The notes under the pieces were generated by a model that saw only the letters and a program-made list of their open reading frames with translations, searched no databases and was not told the DNA's origin. A DNA stretch of 39,649 nucleotides, taken from UHGV virus genome UHGV-0344182. One strand, given 5' to 3'. Source of the stretch: a virus. Numbering within the stretch: position 1 is the stretch's first letter; the number at the start of each line of letters is the position of its first letter. The translations under genes were made by a program, and so were the position numbers. Shown here in pieces: positions 8,571 through 17,500 of this stretch.

Positions 8571-8599
8571 GTTATAAATGCTACTGTGAGTATTGTTAA
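8571..8599 (-). promoter_or_regulatory. candidate sigma70-type promoter for the low-GC cassette
   Basis: On - strand TTAACA, 17-nt spacer, TATAAC; about 130 nt upstream of the 8440 start codon. Confidence 0.35.
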
Positions 8600-8643
8600 A
8601 ATGTATTCTATCGTATCCTCCTTTATAGGCCTTTCCTTTGGGG

Positions 8644-8751
8644 TTATTCGTCCGCGTCGAGAAGGGTCTGCACAGCTGCTCTCCAGCGGGTGGGAACCTC
8701 GTCAATGGTCATGCGTCCGGTCTTAATCATTCTGTAGTAAATTTTAGCCAT
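8644..8751 (-). CDS. XkdX-like small phage protein (35 aa)
   Basis: MAKIYYRMIKTGRMTIDEVPTRW resembles the Phage_XkdX family; GGAGG RBS; overlaps upstream stop (ATGGCTAA). Confidence 0.55.
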   Translation of the reverse strand: MAKIYYRMIKTGRMTIDEVPTRWRAAVQTLLDADE

Positions 8752-9262
8752 TTTTTGCCTCCAGTTTCGCAATACGCTGTTCAAGTTCAGCCGCGTAGGC
8801 GGCGAGGTCGAGGGCGGCCGCGTCCAATTCTTCTTTATCGGAGGAGGATGCCACGCCCAGCTCCGCAACAGCCGCCTCAAGGTCAGGCACTCTGGCCGCT
8901 TCGGTCTCGACCTTTTTGCGCCGTTCTTCTTCCGCGGCCTTTTCTTCGTCGGTCTGCTCCGGGCGCGTCAGCGATGCACCGTCAGGAAGCGGCCCCAGCT
9001 CCTTCATCTCTATAGACGCGCTGTTGTACGTAGCCCCTTTCGGCCAATACTGAATACCCCGGTGATCTTCTGTCTCAATCCACCCCGACCCGTTCCAGAT
9101 AGCAGTGTATCCGGTGCGTTTGGCCGGAGGCGCCGTGAATGTGGCGTTAGCCGGGAGAAGGTACACCTCACGCCCTTCCATCCGTGACCTTACAGGGTCT
9201 GGGAAACATGGTACCGATTCGAGGAACTCATGTGTAGTTATTGAATACATGTATGCTTGCAT
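8744..9262 (-). CDS. tail fiber assembly/chaperone-like protein with coiled-coil C-terminus
   Basis: IWNGSGWIETEDHRG resembles the Tfa (Caudo_TAP) motif; AGGAGG RBS; immediately downstream of a tail fiber gene. Confidence 0.55.
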   Translation of the reverse strand: MQAYMYSITTHEFLESVPCFPDPVRSRMEGREVYLLPANATFTAPPAKRTGYTAIWNGSGWIETEDHRGIQYWPKGATYNSASIEMKELGPLPDGASLTRPEQTDEEKAAEEERRKKVETEAARVPDLEAAVAELGVASSSDKEELDAAALDLAAYAAELEQRIAKLEAKNG

Positions 9263-9271
9263 ATTAGCCTC

Positions 9272-9922
9272 CTATTCGTATCGAATGCAGGGAAGAAGGC
9301 AGAGAGCGGGCGGTTGAACAGTGGAAGACTTGCCGTAGATAGAGTTGGAACGGGAGGCGTCGAAAAGAAGATCTCGCTTCGCAGGGCCTTCATTTATGGC
9401 GCTTGTTTTCCAGTCGTGATTGTAAACACCCCAAAAAAAACAACCGAGGTCTGAGTAGTTCGATTGCTCTTGTCCGTCTGTTTGAATGAAAGTCGCCCTG
9501 CCCGTGATATTCGGCACCCCTGCTTTCAATTCCGTGCCGATCTGAGTGCTGGAGCCCCACGGGACCTTGCCCATCAGGTTGGGCAACCTAAAACCGCTTG
9601 GGGGGACGTCTTCTTTCGGTGCAAAGGTAAACCCAATCACAGCAAACAACTCAATGTAATCGGATATGGCAACCGCAGACCCGTCGCATACCAGCCACCC
9701 ATCCGGAGGTGTGGACATAGCGAACCAGCGGATCTCACCAATGACAGCCCCACGCCGCAATGTGTTATCTGTGCTGTCGAGGGCGTCACACTTGTTTTTG
9801 AGCGCGGCCATCACCGCCCGTAAGGCATCATTCATGTTTTTAGCCGGGCAGTGCTCAGCAATATTAATCCCGTCAATGGCCGTGTTTTCGTCGGCTGTTG
9901 CCGACCAATCCTGAACAGGCAT
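9272..9922 (-). CDS. tail fiber protein with phage tail-collar domain
   Basis: N-term DWSATADENTAIDGINIAE; GWLVCDGSAVAISDYIELFAVIGFTF...FRLPNLMGKV collar-domain signature; AAGGAGGG RBS. Confidence 0.8.
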   Translation of the reverse strand: MPVQDWSATADENTAIDGINIAEHCPAKNMNDALRAVMAALKNKCDALDSTDNTLRRGAVIGEIRWFAMSTPPDGWLVCDGSAVAISDYIELFAVIGFTFAPKEDVPPSGFRLPNLMGKVPWGSSTQIGTELKAGVPNITGRATFIQTDGQEQSNYSDLGCFFWGVYNHDWKTSAINEGPAKRDLLFDASRSNSIYGKSSTVQPPALCLLPCIRYE

Positions 9923-9925
9923 GCT

Positions 9926-10432
9926 TTAGCCCTCCTTCGCAACGGCGGGCTTATCCGGCCACGGGACAGTCTCATCCGTCCACGGTGCGCCGGGCTGGGA
10001 TGGCAGATCCCGAAGCGCCTGCCGATAGCTCTTCACTGCACCCAAGCTCTCAGAGGTAAGCGCCGGATAATCAGGCGCAAAAACATAATCCGTCTCTGAA
10101 AGGCGCTTGTTGCGTTCCTTCCGTAATCTGTGCCAGAGCGCTTCGGGAGAATTATACATCGCCCAAGCCGCCTCTTTAGCAATCTCGGCTTCTTTATCGG
10201 CGGCGGCTTTAGCCTGCTGCCACGCCAGATAGTACGGGTACACGAGGCGGCCGTACTCCTCCTGTGCCAGTTTTACCGGCTCTGTGCCGTCGTTCCTGTC
10301 GGCTTCGCCCTTTTCGCCGTCCCAGACGATGGAATAAAAGGGTTCCGCTTCAGCCACGCTAGGCATAGCAACGGTGCAGCCTACGCCATCCACCACAACA
10401 GTTTTATCGGGAATAACGATCGTGATTTTCAC
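9926..10432 (-). CDS. tail fiber assembly protein (Tfa-like), GTG start
   Basis: MKITIVIPDKTVVVDG...YSIVWDGEKG typical Tfa N-terminus; GGAGG 6 nt upstream of GTG. Confidence 0.7.
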   Translation of the reverse strand: MKITIVIPDKTVVVDGVGCTVAMPSVAEAEPFYSIVWDGEKGEADRNDGTEPVKLAQEEYGRLVYPYYLAWQQAKAAADKEAEIAKEAAWAMYNSPEALWHRLRKERNKRLSETDYVFAPDYPALTSESLGAVKSYRQALRDLPSQPGAPWTDETVPWPDKPAVAKEG

Positions 10433-10901
10433 TTTTTCCTCCAGTGACTACAAAATGGACTGAATCAAACCCCTCATCCTCTGCCGGGTACTCCTGCCGC
10501 GTGCAGGCCTGATAGAAATTATCCCTGCTGATAGGCCACTCCCTGGCGATGTTGCGCTCGGCGGCCTCATACATGGGGCAGAGCAGGTAGACGCAGTCGA
10601 TATGGTCAATGCCCCGCTTTTTCAGGCCCGCAACTATAGCCTTGCGGCGTTCTTTATCGACGGCGCCGTCGTCAAGATAAAAATCAAAGTCTGTTGTGCT
10701 TTCCCAGGCGCTGGCTACAGCGTTAAGATACTCATCGAGCCCCCGTGGGTCTGTGATGAACATCCATCCGGCCTTCTCTACGTCAGTTTCTCCATAGTGA
10801 CGGGATAGCCAAGAATCGAACGAAAAGACCGCCGCATCCCGGCCTCTGCAGTACGTTGACTTGCCCGATGCTGGAATTCCTGCAACAAACACAAATTTCA
10901 T
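10404..10901 (-). CDS. P-loop kinase of the polynucleotide kinase (AAA_33/Pnk kinase-domain) type, inserted between a tail fiber gene and its chaperone
   Basis: MKFVFVAGIPASGKST Walker A at N-terminus; downstream ERNIAREWPISRD resembles the T4 Pnk KRNSKRG segment; ATG 1 nt after fiber stop (TAGAATG); GGTGG RBS. Confidence 0.6.
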   Translation of the reverse strand: MKFVFVAGIPASGKSTYCRGRDAAVFSFDSWLSRHYGETDVEKAGWMFITDPRGLDEYLNAVASAWESTTDFDFYLDDGAVDKERRKAIVAGLKKRGIDHIDCVYLLCPMYEAAERNIAREWPISRDNFYQACTRQEYPAEDEGFDSVHFVVTGGKSENHDRYSR

Positions 10902-10902
10902 T

Positions 10903-11571
10903 CTACACCACCTTCTGAATGAAGCAGAGCGCGTAAAAAGGAGGCCTGTTATCGAAGCTGTTGCCTGCATACGACCCCCCGGCAGGGTGAGAGTGCCCCC
11001 ACGACGCCCCCGAATTGGAACTGTACACGTTGTAGTTCCCCCAGTCGTGGCTGTTGATTGTAGTCAGCCATCCACTGCCGTTGTACCATGACCCGCCATG
11101 GGCCCCCTGTTGGCTGACCCTGTGGTTATGTGCCGGCATCTCATTCAATGACAGGACATGAGAACCTACTGATACAGATATTGATCCAGAAGGCGTAACG
11201 CTTGCGTTGCCGCCGGTGTCGTCAACCTTATAATCGTCTCCTGCTCCAACAACAAACCGATTGCGCAGGTCTTTTGTACCCGCCTGCCCGTTGCAGAGGG
11301 CCCACCCCGTGGGAATATCCGCTGTTGTGCCGTTCCAGAGCGCGATCGTGCCCTTGGGGACCTTGTGCTTGTCGAGGTCACCGGAGACGTCGGCTATCTG
11401 TTTAAGCGCTGATTCGATTTTTGCCGCCACATCGGCGTGCTCCTGTGCGAGATCCGCCATGAGCTGACGGATGGCATTGTTCACGTTAGACGGCAAACAC
11501 CCCTCAGCTACGTTAATGCCGCTAATGGAGGTGTTGTTGTCTGCTGTTTTACTGTAGTCTGCTATGGGCAT
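10903..11571 (-). CDS. tail fiber protein with tail-collar domain and His-rich C-terminus
   Basis: N-term ADYSKTADNNTSISGINVAE paralogous to the 9272..9922 product; GWALCNGQAGTKDLRNRFVVGAG collar motif; HNH..H..HSH cluster. Confidence 0.8.
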   Translation of the reverse strand: MPIADYSKTADNNTSISGINVAEGCLPSNVNNAIRQLMADLAQEHADVAAKIESALKQIADVSGDLDKHKVPKGTIALWNGTTADIPTGWALCNGQAGTKDLRNRFVVGAGDDYKVDDTGGNASVTPSGSISVSVGSHVLSLNEMPAHNHRVSQQGAHGGSWYNGSGWLTTINSHDWGNYNVYSSNSGASWGHSHPAGGSYAGNSFDNRPPFYALCFIQKVV

Positions 11572-11572
11572 T

Positions 11573-14284
11573 CTACTTCTCCTTTTTCTTCTTTCTACCC
11601 TGCCGCATGTATCCGAGAAGATAGCCGCCAGCTGAGCCTCTTGCCATATTGTTCCCTATTCCTCGGAAAAACTCTCCCGCGTTCGGGTATTCTAATCTGT
11701 GGGAGGCGGCGTTTCGCATAAGGTTCACGCCATACATAGGGGACAATAGCCCCCGCTCCACTTCATTGAAAACGGCCGTATTGCGGTTGTCAAGAAGACG
11801 GTCGAACGACGGGCCGATAAGCGGGATTTTTGAAAACGTCGGGGTAATGGTGTTACCTAACCGGCCCTGTCCGTACAGGTTGCGGGCAGTAGGCGAGCCG
11901 GAAGTTGCGCCGAGCTGGTCATTGCGGGTAACGCGTCCCATATCAGCCTGCAGGGCCCGCAGGTTGTCGTACTCTTCCGGAGTAAACGCCGAAGTTCCGT
12001 TTTCGTAAGGGCTGCGGTCAGAGCCCTCAAGATTAACGCCTCTCTGGAGCGCGTAATTGTCGCCGCTCTTCCTCAGCGTCTGCCTGAACGCGGCCTCACG
12101 GTCACTCAGTCCGCGCCCGGCGGTCTCAAGCATCTGGAGGTCATTGTTCACTTCTGGCATGTACCGTAGCGCGTTTTCATAATTCTGCCGGAAACGGGCA
12201 AGGTTATACGGGCTAAGGTTCCCGTTTTTGTCAATTGCGGCATTGCGGGCAACGTTCTGTGCGTAGCCAGTAAGAGCGTCCCTGGCTTCAGGGTCTTTGT
12301 AGAACGCCCGGTTAAAAGCATCCATAGCTTCACCGCCGGCAGGCCCCTTCCGGAAATAGTTCCCGGGGATAGCGGAACTGTCGATTGCGCCGCCGTACAG
12401 CTTACTTCCTTTGCGGGACAGAGGCAGATTTGCCCCCTGTTCGAAGTTCTCGCCAAGGGCACGCCTGCTCATACGTGCCTTCCAGAGATTTTGTACGCCC
12501 TCAGGGGTAAGGCCGGACGCGATATTGGGGCGTCTTCCCCCAAGGAGATCATTGGTGAGTGCGTCCAGACGGGAGCGGACGCGCATGTCACCGTTATTGA
12601 CAAGATCTTCAAGGCGCTCCATCACGGCGCCTTCATCCAGAGGACCGCCGCTGTTCCCCCCGAGCTTCGCCAGTGTCGCTTCGGAAAGGTCTGTAATTCG
12701 TCTCCCCCCATTGCGGAACATGCCGGGGAACTTACGTGACATTTCGCGTACCTGGTCTTTGGAAAGCAGACGTTCCGCCGCCTGCCGGTCAAGGCCAAGG
12801 TTGCGTATCCAGCCGAAATCTTCAGTCATCGGGTCAGCCGCCATAATATCAAGAGCTTCACGCCGTGCGGCCTCATAATCTTTTTTGGTGGGCGGCATCT
12901 CAACGGGTTCCCCGCTTGCTTCCCTGATATAGTCGTCGATATTGCGCTTCATCGCGTCAGCAATCCTGCCCGTCTTCCGGTCGCCGGATACGGCCGACTG
13001 GTAGCCAAGGTCGCCGAGCTCAGAGCGCATCGCCTGAAGGTCGCGCCACGTGGCAGGGGTGCCGGTCTGTGCGTAAGCGCCGACTGTGTTGTAGAAGTTT
13101 TTTGCCTGCGCCGGCATGAGGCCCCGTTCAATGGGAGACGTGCCAAGCGAGGCATCGAACTTATCAAGAAGAGGCCCGAGAGAGAAACGTGCCGTGCCTT
13201 CAGGGTCAACAGACTGGTAGTTGCGGTTCACGCCTTCACGTGCAGCCTGATAATTTTGGTTGTAGTGCTCCCGCAGTATCGGGCCGGCCTCACTGGCACC
13301 CATGCCCGCGGGCATTCTGTCCGCGAGCGTCTGCCGGTCAGTGTTAAGGCGGGCGCTGGCCGCGTCGCCAACTTCATTAGCGAGGGCCTGTTGTGCCTCA
13401 CGCTGCTGCATCCTGCGGTCAGCGAACTTTCCAGAGTTCACTCCACGGCTTGCGGCTATCTTCTCAAGAGAAGAAATGCCGCCATTGTTGGCGACCTGTC
13501 CCAGGGTAGGGTCGCTTCCCGGGATAAGAGGCGCAAGGGCGGCGTTATCCATGCCGGCAATCTGGCTGGCATACGGTCCCGCGGCGTCATTGAGCACACG
13601 CCCGGCAATCTGCCGGCGCCCGTTCTCCGTGAAGGTGCGGACAATATCGCGCACATCGCCTAGTGCGTGGCTGAGAGTGTTTGTCCCCAGACGGGCGGCT
13701 GGAGCGGCGAACACAGGGAGAAGACCACCCGCCACACCGTAGGCAGCTCTCATACCGGGGGTGCTGTTATTCTGATTCGCGAGCTCAGCGGCCGCGCCCG
13801 CGCCGGCTCCGCTTGCCATCTGCATACGCGGGGCATCTGTCAGGAAGCGGGAAAGAGCGGGCGCTGCTTGGGACAGGGCTTTGCCGGCCTTAAATGCGCT
13901 GTTGAGCATTCCGGCGGGCGTGCCCATTTCAATTGCTCCGGAGCCCGCCGCATGGGCCATTTTCTCTTCATTGCTTTCAGGGGCTGGGAGCCCGATAGCG
14001 TTAGCAATATCCACACCCGGATTATGGAACCGGTTGTAGTTGCCCGTAAGGAGGCCGCTCCCGAGGTTGGCAATGTAGTTAGGCAGCCCCGTAACACCGC
14101 CAAGCAGGCCCTCAATACTCGTGCGGGCCGCCAGCCCGGCAGACCGCTTCAGGCCTGTTGCGGGCTGTTGAGCGGCAGAACCGGAAGCCCCCACGTGCTG
14201 TTTCACGACTTTCATAATCGTATCGTTGGGCGTGTCGTCGGGGAACTGAATAGTATCCCCGTTGGGGAGGTCAACAGTCGTCAT
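11573..14284 (-). CDS. large virion protein (903 aa), candidate internal/ejection or tail protein
   Basis: long tightly coupled ORF (TAAATG junction upstream, TAGAATG downstream); Ala/Gly-rich; no recognised catalytic motif. Confidence 0.7.
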   Translation of the reverse strand: MTTVDLPNGDTIQFPDDTPNDTIMKVVKQHVGASGSAAQQPATGLKRSAGLAARTSIEGLLGGVTGLPNYIANLGSGLLTGNYNRFHNPGVDIANAIGLPAPESNEEKMAHAAGSGAIEMGTPAGMLNSAFKAGKALSQAAPALSRFLTDAPRMQMASGAGAGAAAELANQNNSTPGMRAAYGVAGGLLPVFAAPAARLGTNTLSHALGDVRDIVRTFTENGRRQIAGRVLNDAAGPYASQIAGMDNAALAPLIPGSDPTLGQVANNGGISSLEKIAASRGVNSGKFADRRMQQREAQQALANEVGDAASARLNTDRQTLADRMPAGMGASEAGPILREHYNQNYQAAREGVNRNYQSVDPEGTARFSLGPLLDKFDASLGTSPIERGLMPAQAKNFYNTVGAYAQTGTPATWRDLQAMRSELGDLGYQSAVSGDRKTGRIADAMKRNIDDYIREASGEPVEMPPTKKDYEAARREALDIMAADPMTEDFGWIRNLGLDRQAAERLLSKDQVREMSRKFPGMFRNGGRRITDLSEATLAKLGGNSGGPLDEGAVMERLEDLVNNGDMRVRSRLDALTNDLLGGRRPNIASGLTPEGVQNLWKARMSRRALGENFEQGANLPLSRKGSKLYGGAIDSSAIPGNYFRKGPAGGEAMDAFNRAFYKDPEARDALTGYAQNVARNAAIDKNGNLSPYNLARFRQNYENALRYMPEVNNDLQMLETAGRGLSDREAAFRQTLRKSGDNYALQRGVNLEGSDRSPYENGTSAFTPEEYDNLRALQADMGRVTRNDQLGATSGSPTARNLYGQGRLGNTITPTFSKIPLIGPSFDRLLDNRNTAVFNEVERGLLSPMYGVNLMRNAASHRLEYPNAGEFFRGIGNNMARGSAGGYLLGYMRQGRKKKKEK

Positions 14285-16075
14285 TTAATTCTCCAGAAGA
14301 GTTCCGGTTGCGGGGTCGTAGCGGTAATGACGTCCGCCGGAAGGAGAGGCGGCGGAGCTGGCGTTGGTTCTGGTGACGCGTTCCGGAGCGGGTGGCACTA
14401 CGGAAGGAAGTGTCTTGCTGTACTTTTCCCACGCCCGCATAGCCGCGTACCGATCACCGCCATTTTTACGCATTTGATCAATCAGGAAAATATCTTTCTC
14501 TTTACCGCGGGTAGCGAGATTAAGCATATACTGTGCTATCCAGGCATTGCCTTCAGGGGAATTTTCAATTTTGGCAAACGTTTTTTTGGCGTTTTCGGCG
14601 TCCTTGTCTGTCTGCGGGCCTTTTTGCTCGAGAAGAACGTTGAACAAGTTTTTGTTGATCAAATATTGAAGGACGTCCGCATCTCGTACATCGTTCGCGC
14701 CTATAAGGTTCCCAGAAAACCCTACCCTATGCAGGAACTGGTTAGCCAGGTCTATTTTATCCTGCAGCGGGCCGGATTTCAGATTTGTCAGCAGAGATTT
14801 TAGCGTTTCAACATTCGTTATCATCTCGTCTTTCGCGGCTACGTCGTCGTTAAGACTGTTGTAATAAACAGCGGCATCTTCCGCCAGTTTCTGGTCGAAC
14901 AGGTAGCCCGGCGATGCCTTCTTCCTCTCGAAATCCAACCTTGCCCTATCAAGGTCGTTCTTTTCCTGCTGCTGCTGGAGGCCGGCAACACGCCCGGCCG
15001 CCGCGCCCAAATCACCGGGCATAGACGCAGCCGCCATCACATTAGGCGAGACGCCGCCAGAACCGCTGCTATACGGGGAGCCTGTTCCACTCTGCGCCTG
15101 CTGGTTCCCGCTATAGTCTACAGATCTGTAACCCGCCGGAACGGGTTTCAGACCTACGGCCATGTCAAATTCATCCGCCGGAACATACTTGTACGATCCC
15201 TCGTTGACAGTGATAGCCCTCATCAGGCTTTTCATAGTCTGCGGGTCATTGAGATTAAGCGGCTGGTTGGGGTCAACGCCCATCATTGCCGCCGTATCCT
15301 TGATAAGCGCGCTTGTGTCGTTCTCGTTAGAGGGGCTCCAGCGGGAGATGATACCGGCCACTGTCGGATTTTTTGCATAAGCGGGGGAAAGGAGGTTGGC
15401 GCGCATGCCTTTGAGTCCTTCAAGCATGTTCGGGTACACGCGTACCTGGTCCCCAAAGTTGCCCACGTTGCCGGGGTTGTTGGTCATGGCCGCCTTGTCG
15501 AGTGGCGCGCCGTCAGGGCCGGCGGGACGCTGGCTTTTAGGCGGGAGAGTGCCGGCAGACAGCGTTGTGCCATCAGAGATACGGGGCATCTTCAGGGGAT
15601 CCATATCAACACCCTGCCCGCTTCCACCTGTAAGACCGGGAAGCCCCATCAATCTGCCAAACAGGTCCCGATCCGCGGCTTCTCTTTGTGCCTGCTGTTG
15701 AGCAATGCCCAGTCTCTGCTGGTTAAGCTGAAGATTCCCAAGAGATATTGCGTTAGCAAGGCCCCTGTCTTCTCTGGACGCTTCCCACTGTGCGCGGGCT
15801 AAAGCGTCCTGCGTGGTCATGCGGTCACGCTGGAGGCCGTACATACCGGCGTTGCCGAGAGCGCCTAAGGCATCCAGCCCGCCGCGGCCGAGGAGCTGCC
15901 CGAAAGAGCGCCTGCCGTTGTTGTTAGCGAGCATGGAAAGGGCCGTCACGCCGGCAAGGAAGCCGGGGTTGCCGGATACCACATCAGCCATGGACATGTT
16001 TTTAGGGGCGGGCTGCCCGCCCCACATTCCGAGAAGCCCGCCTGTAGCCTGCCCGTTGTTGTCATACGGGTACAT
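14285..16075 (-). CDS. large virion protein (596 aa), candidate internal/ejection protein
   Basis: AAGGAGG RBS; Gly-rich N-terminus; coupled to flanking genes. Confidence 0.7.
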   Translation of the reverse strand: MYPYDNNGQATGGLLGMWGGQPAPKNMSMADVVSGNPGFLAGVTALSMLANNNGRRSFGQLLGRGGLDALGALGNAGMYGLQRDRMTTQDALARAQWEASREDRGLANAISLGNLQLNQQRLGIAQQQAQREAADRDLFGRLMGLPGLTGGSGQGVDMDPLKMPRISDGTTLSAGTLPPKSQRPAGPDGAPLDKAAMTNNPGNVGNFGDQVRVYPNMLEGLKGMRANLLSPAYAKNPTVAGIISRWSPSNENDTSALIKDTAAMMGVDPNQPLNLNDPQTMKSLMRAITVNEGSYKYVPADEFDMAVGLKPVPAGYRSVDYSGNQQAQSGTGSPYSSGSGGVSPNVMAAASMPGDLGAAAGRVAGLQQQQEKNDLDRARLDFERKKASPGYLFDQKLAEDAAVYYNSLNDDVAAKDEMITNVETLKSLLTNLKSGPLQDKIDLANQFLHRVGFSGNLIGANDVRDADVLQYLINKNLFNVLLEQKGPQTDKDAENAKKTFAKIENSPEGNAWIAQYMLNLATRGKEKDIFLIDQMRKNGGDRYAAMRAWEKYSKTLPSVVPPAPERVTRTNASSAASPSGGRHYRYDPATGTLLEN

Positions 16076-16935
16076 TACTTCCCGCCTCCTTTGCCGCCGC
16101 CGCTGTCTGTTTCGGTTGTGCTTTCACCCTGCCCGCCGTAACTCCCGCCGACAAGATTAAGATAGTTCTGCAACGCGAGCATATCTTTCTGCTGGTTGTA
16201 GTTCCAGCGGTCCACGTCCGCGTCAACCCTGCTTTGGTTGTAATCGTCGAGAGAAGAACCCGCCTGAGCCAGCTGCGAGGCATCCGTGTAAGCCTGATTG
16301 CTCAGAGACTGTGCGGGAGTAGCCGCGGCAATCTGGCTGTTCACGCCCTGATTGTACGCGTTCGCGGCATTGCCCGCCGCGCTCACGGCCTGATTGTAGG
16401 CGTTGGAGTACATCTCATTCGCAAGGTTCTGGTCAGCATCCGCAATAGCGTTCGCCTGCGCGCCGCTGCCGAACCTCCCGGACTGAGAGAAGTTGCCGTT
16501 GATTGTGGCGTTCGCCTTGTCAGCCGCATGACTGTACAGGCTATCGATATACGGGTTCGTGGACTGCGCGTATTGATTGAGCGCGTTCAGGCCCGTATTG
16601 CCAGCCATAGCCGAGCCGTTCAGTATGTTTGCCATACTGGACGCCGCGTTATCGATATTCGCGTCACCACCCGTTGCGCGGGCGTTAATCATGTTACGGG
16701 CCGTAGTCGTGTACCCCGATTCATCAGCCACAGTAGAATTAGGGTAATAGTCTCCCGCGAGGCCGCCGCTTTCATAAAGCCGCGCAGCTTCGGGGAAGAC
16801 GCCTTTGACTTCTACGCCCTGTGAATTTTTGCCCCCGATGAGATAGGGGATTTGGGCCCCCCAAGGGGCCGCACTGCTGGTGGTAGTGGATTCTCCACCG
16901 CCGCCGCCTTTTCCGCCGCCGCCGCCACCACCCAT
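16075..16935 (-). CDS. Gly-rich virion protein (286 aa) with poly-Gly termini
   Basis: AGGAGG RBS; MGGGGGGGKGGGGGE N-term and GGGKGGGK C-term; Asn/Ala/Gln-rich core. Confidence 0.65.
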   Translation of the reverse strand: MGGGGGGGKGGGGGESTTTSSAAPWGAQIPYLIGGKNSQGVEVKGVFPEAARLYESGGLAGDYYPNSTVADESGYTTTARNMINARATGGDANIDNAASSMANILNGSAMAGNTGLNALNQYAQSTNPYIDSLYSHAADKANATINGNFSQSGRFGSGAQANAIADADQNLANEMYSNAYNQAVSAAGNAANAYNQGVNSQIAAATPAQSLSNQAYTDASQLAQAGSSLDDYNQSRVDADVDRWNYNQQKDMLALQNYLNLVGGSYGGQGESTTETDSGGGKGGGK

Positions 16936-16945
16936 AGGTGACCTC

Positions 16946-17500
16946 CTATAAATCCAGTCCCGAAACCGGGACCGTCAATCTCGTGTGTTCTGTTACTATA
17001 CCGTCAATATTTTGACGCCTGCTATAGATATAGCACGAACCGGGTAATCGCGCCACATCCCTGCCCCCTGCCAAATGGGCAACTTTGAGTGCCGGTTCAT
17101 TTGTCGCGGCAACTGTTCCAAGAACGCGGTCAATCGCGTATTCCCCGTTTTTACGGGCGTAAAGCCATTGTGCGAGCATCCCCACGGTAACAGCTAACTG
17201 TAAGGGCATCCCCTCATACCGTCGCACGCCGCAGGGGAGCGTGCAGAAATGGCCCCATGCCGTGCGCCCGCTGACATTGTTAAGGGCAAACATCGCCAGC
17301 AGCTCACCATTCAGAAGAATGAACCATGGCAGGTTGCTTCCGTTCCGGCACCACCGGATATAGTCCGGCAGGGATACTTTCGGCCGGTCATAGAAGAACT
17401 TCTCAAGACGGCCGGAGGCTCTAGCTTTCTCCCAGAAGAAAGCCAGCCCCCGGTTGCTCACATCATCGATGAACTGATATTCAAGTCCCATCAGAACCAC
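16946..17500 (-). CDS. hypothetical virion-module protein (184 aa)
   Basis: ORF in structural operon, overlaps upstream gene by 10 nt. Confidence 0.55.
   Translation of the reverse strand: MVLMGLEYQFIDDVSNRGLAFFWEKARASGRLEKFFYDRPKVSLPDYIRWCRNGSNLPWFILLNGELLAMFALNNVSGRTAWGHFCTLPCGVRRYEGMPLQLAVTVGMLAQWLYARKNGEYAIDRVLGTVAATNEPALKVAHLAGGRDVARLPGSCYIYSRRQNIDGIVTEHTRLTVPVSGLDL

Noticed and set aside
13667-14803. 378-aa + strand ORF
   Set aside because: Lies antisense inside the 903-aa/596-aa structural genes that have RBSs and tight coupling; Arg/Gly/Ala-rich composition typical of a shadow ORF in high-GC DNA.
16062-16935. Poly-Gly coding runs (GGC/GCC repeats) considered as a simple-sequence repeat or CRISPR-like array
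   Set aside because: Repeats are irregular, in-frame, and translate to Gly-rich termini of a structural protein; no repeat-spacer periodicity.
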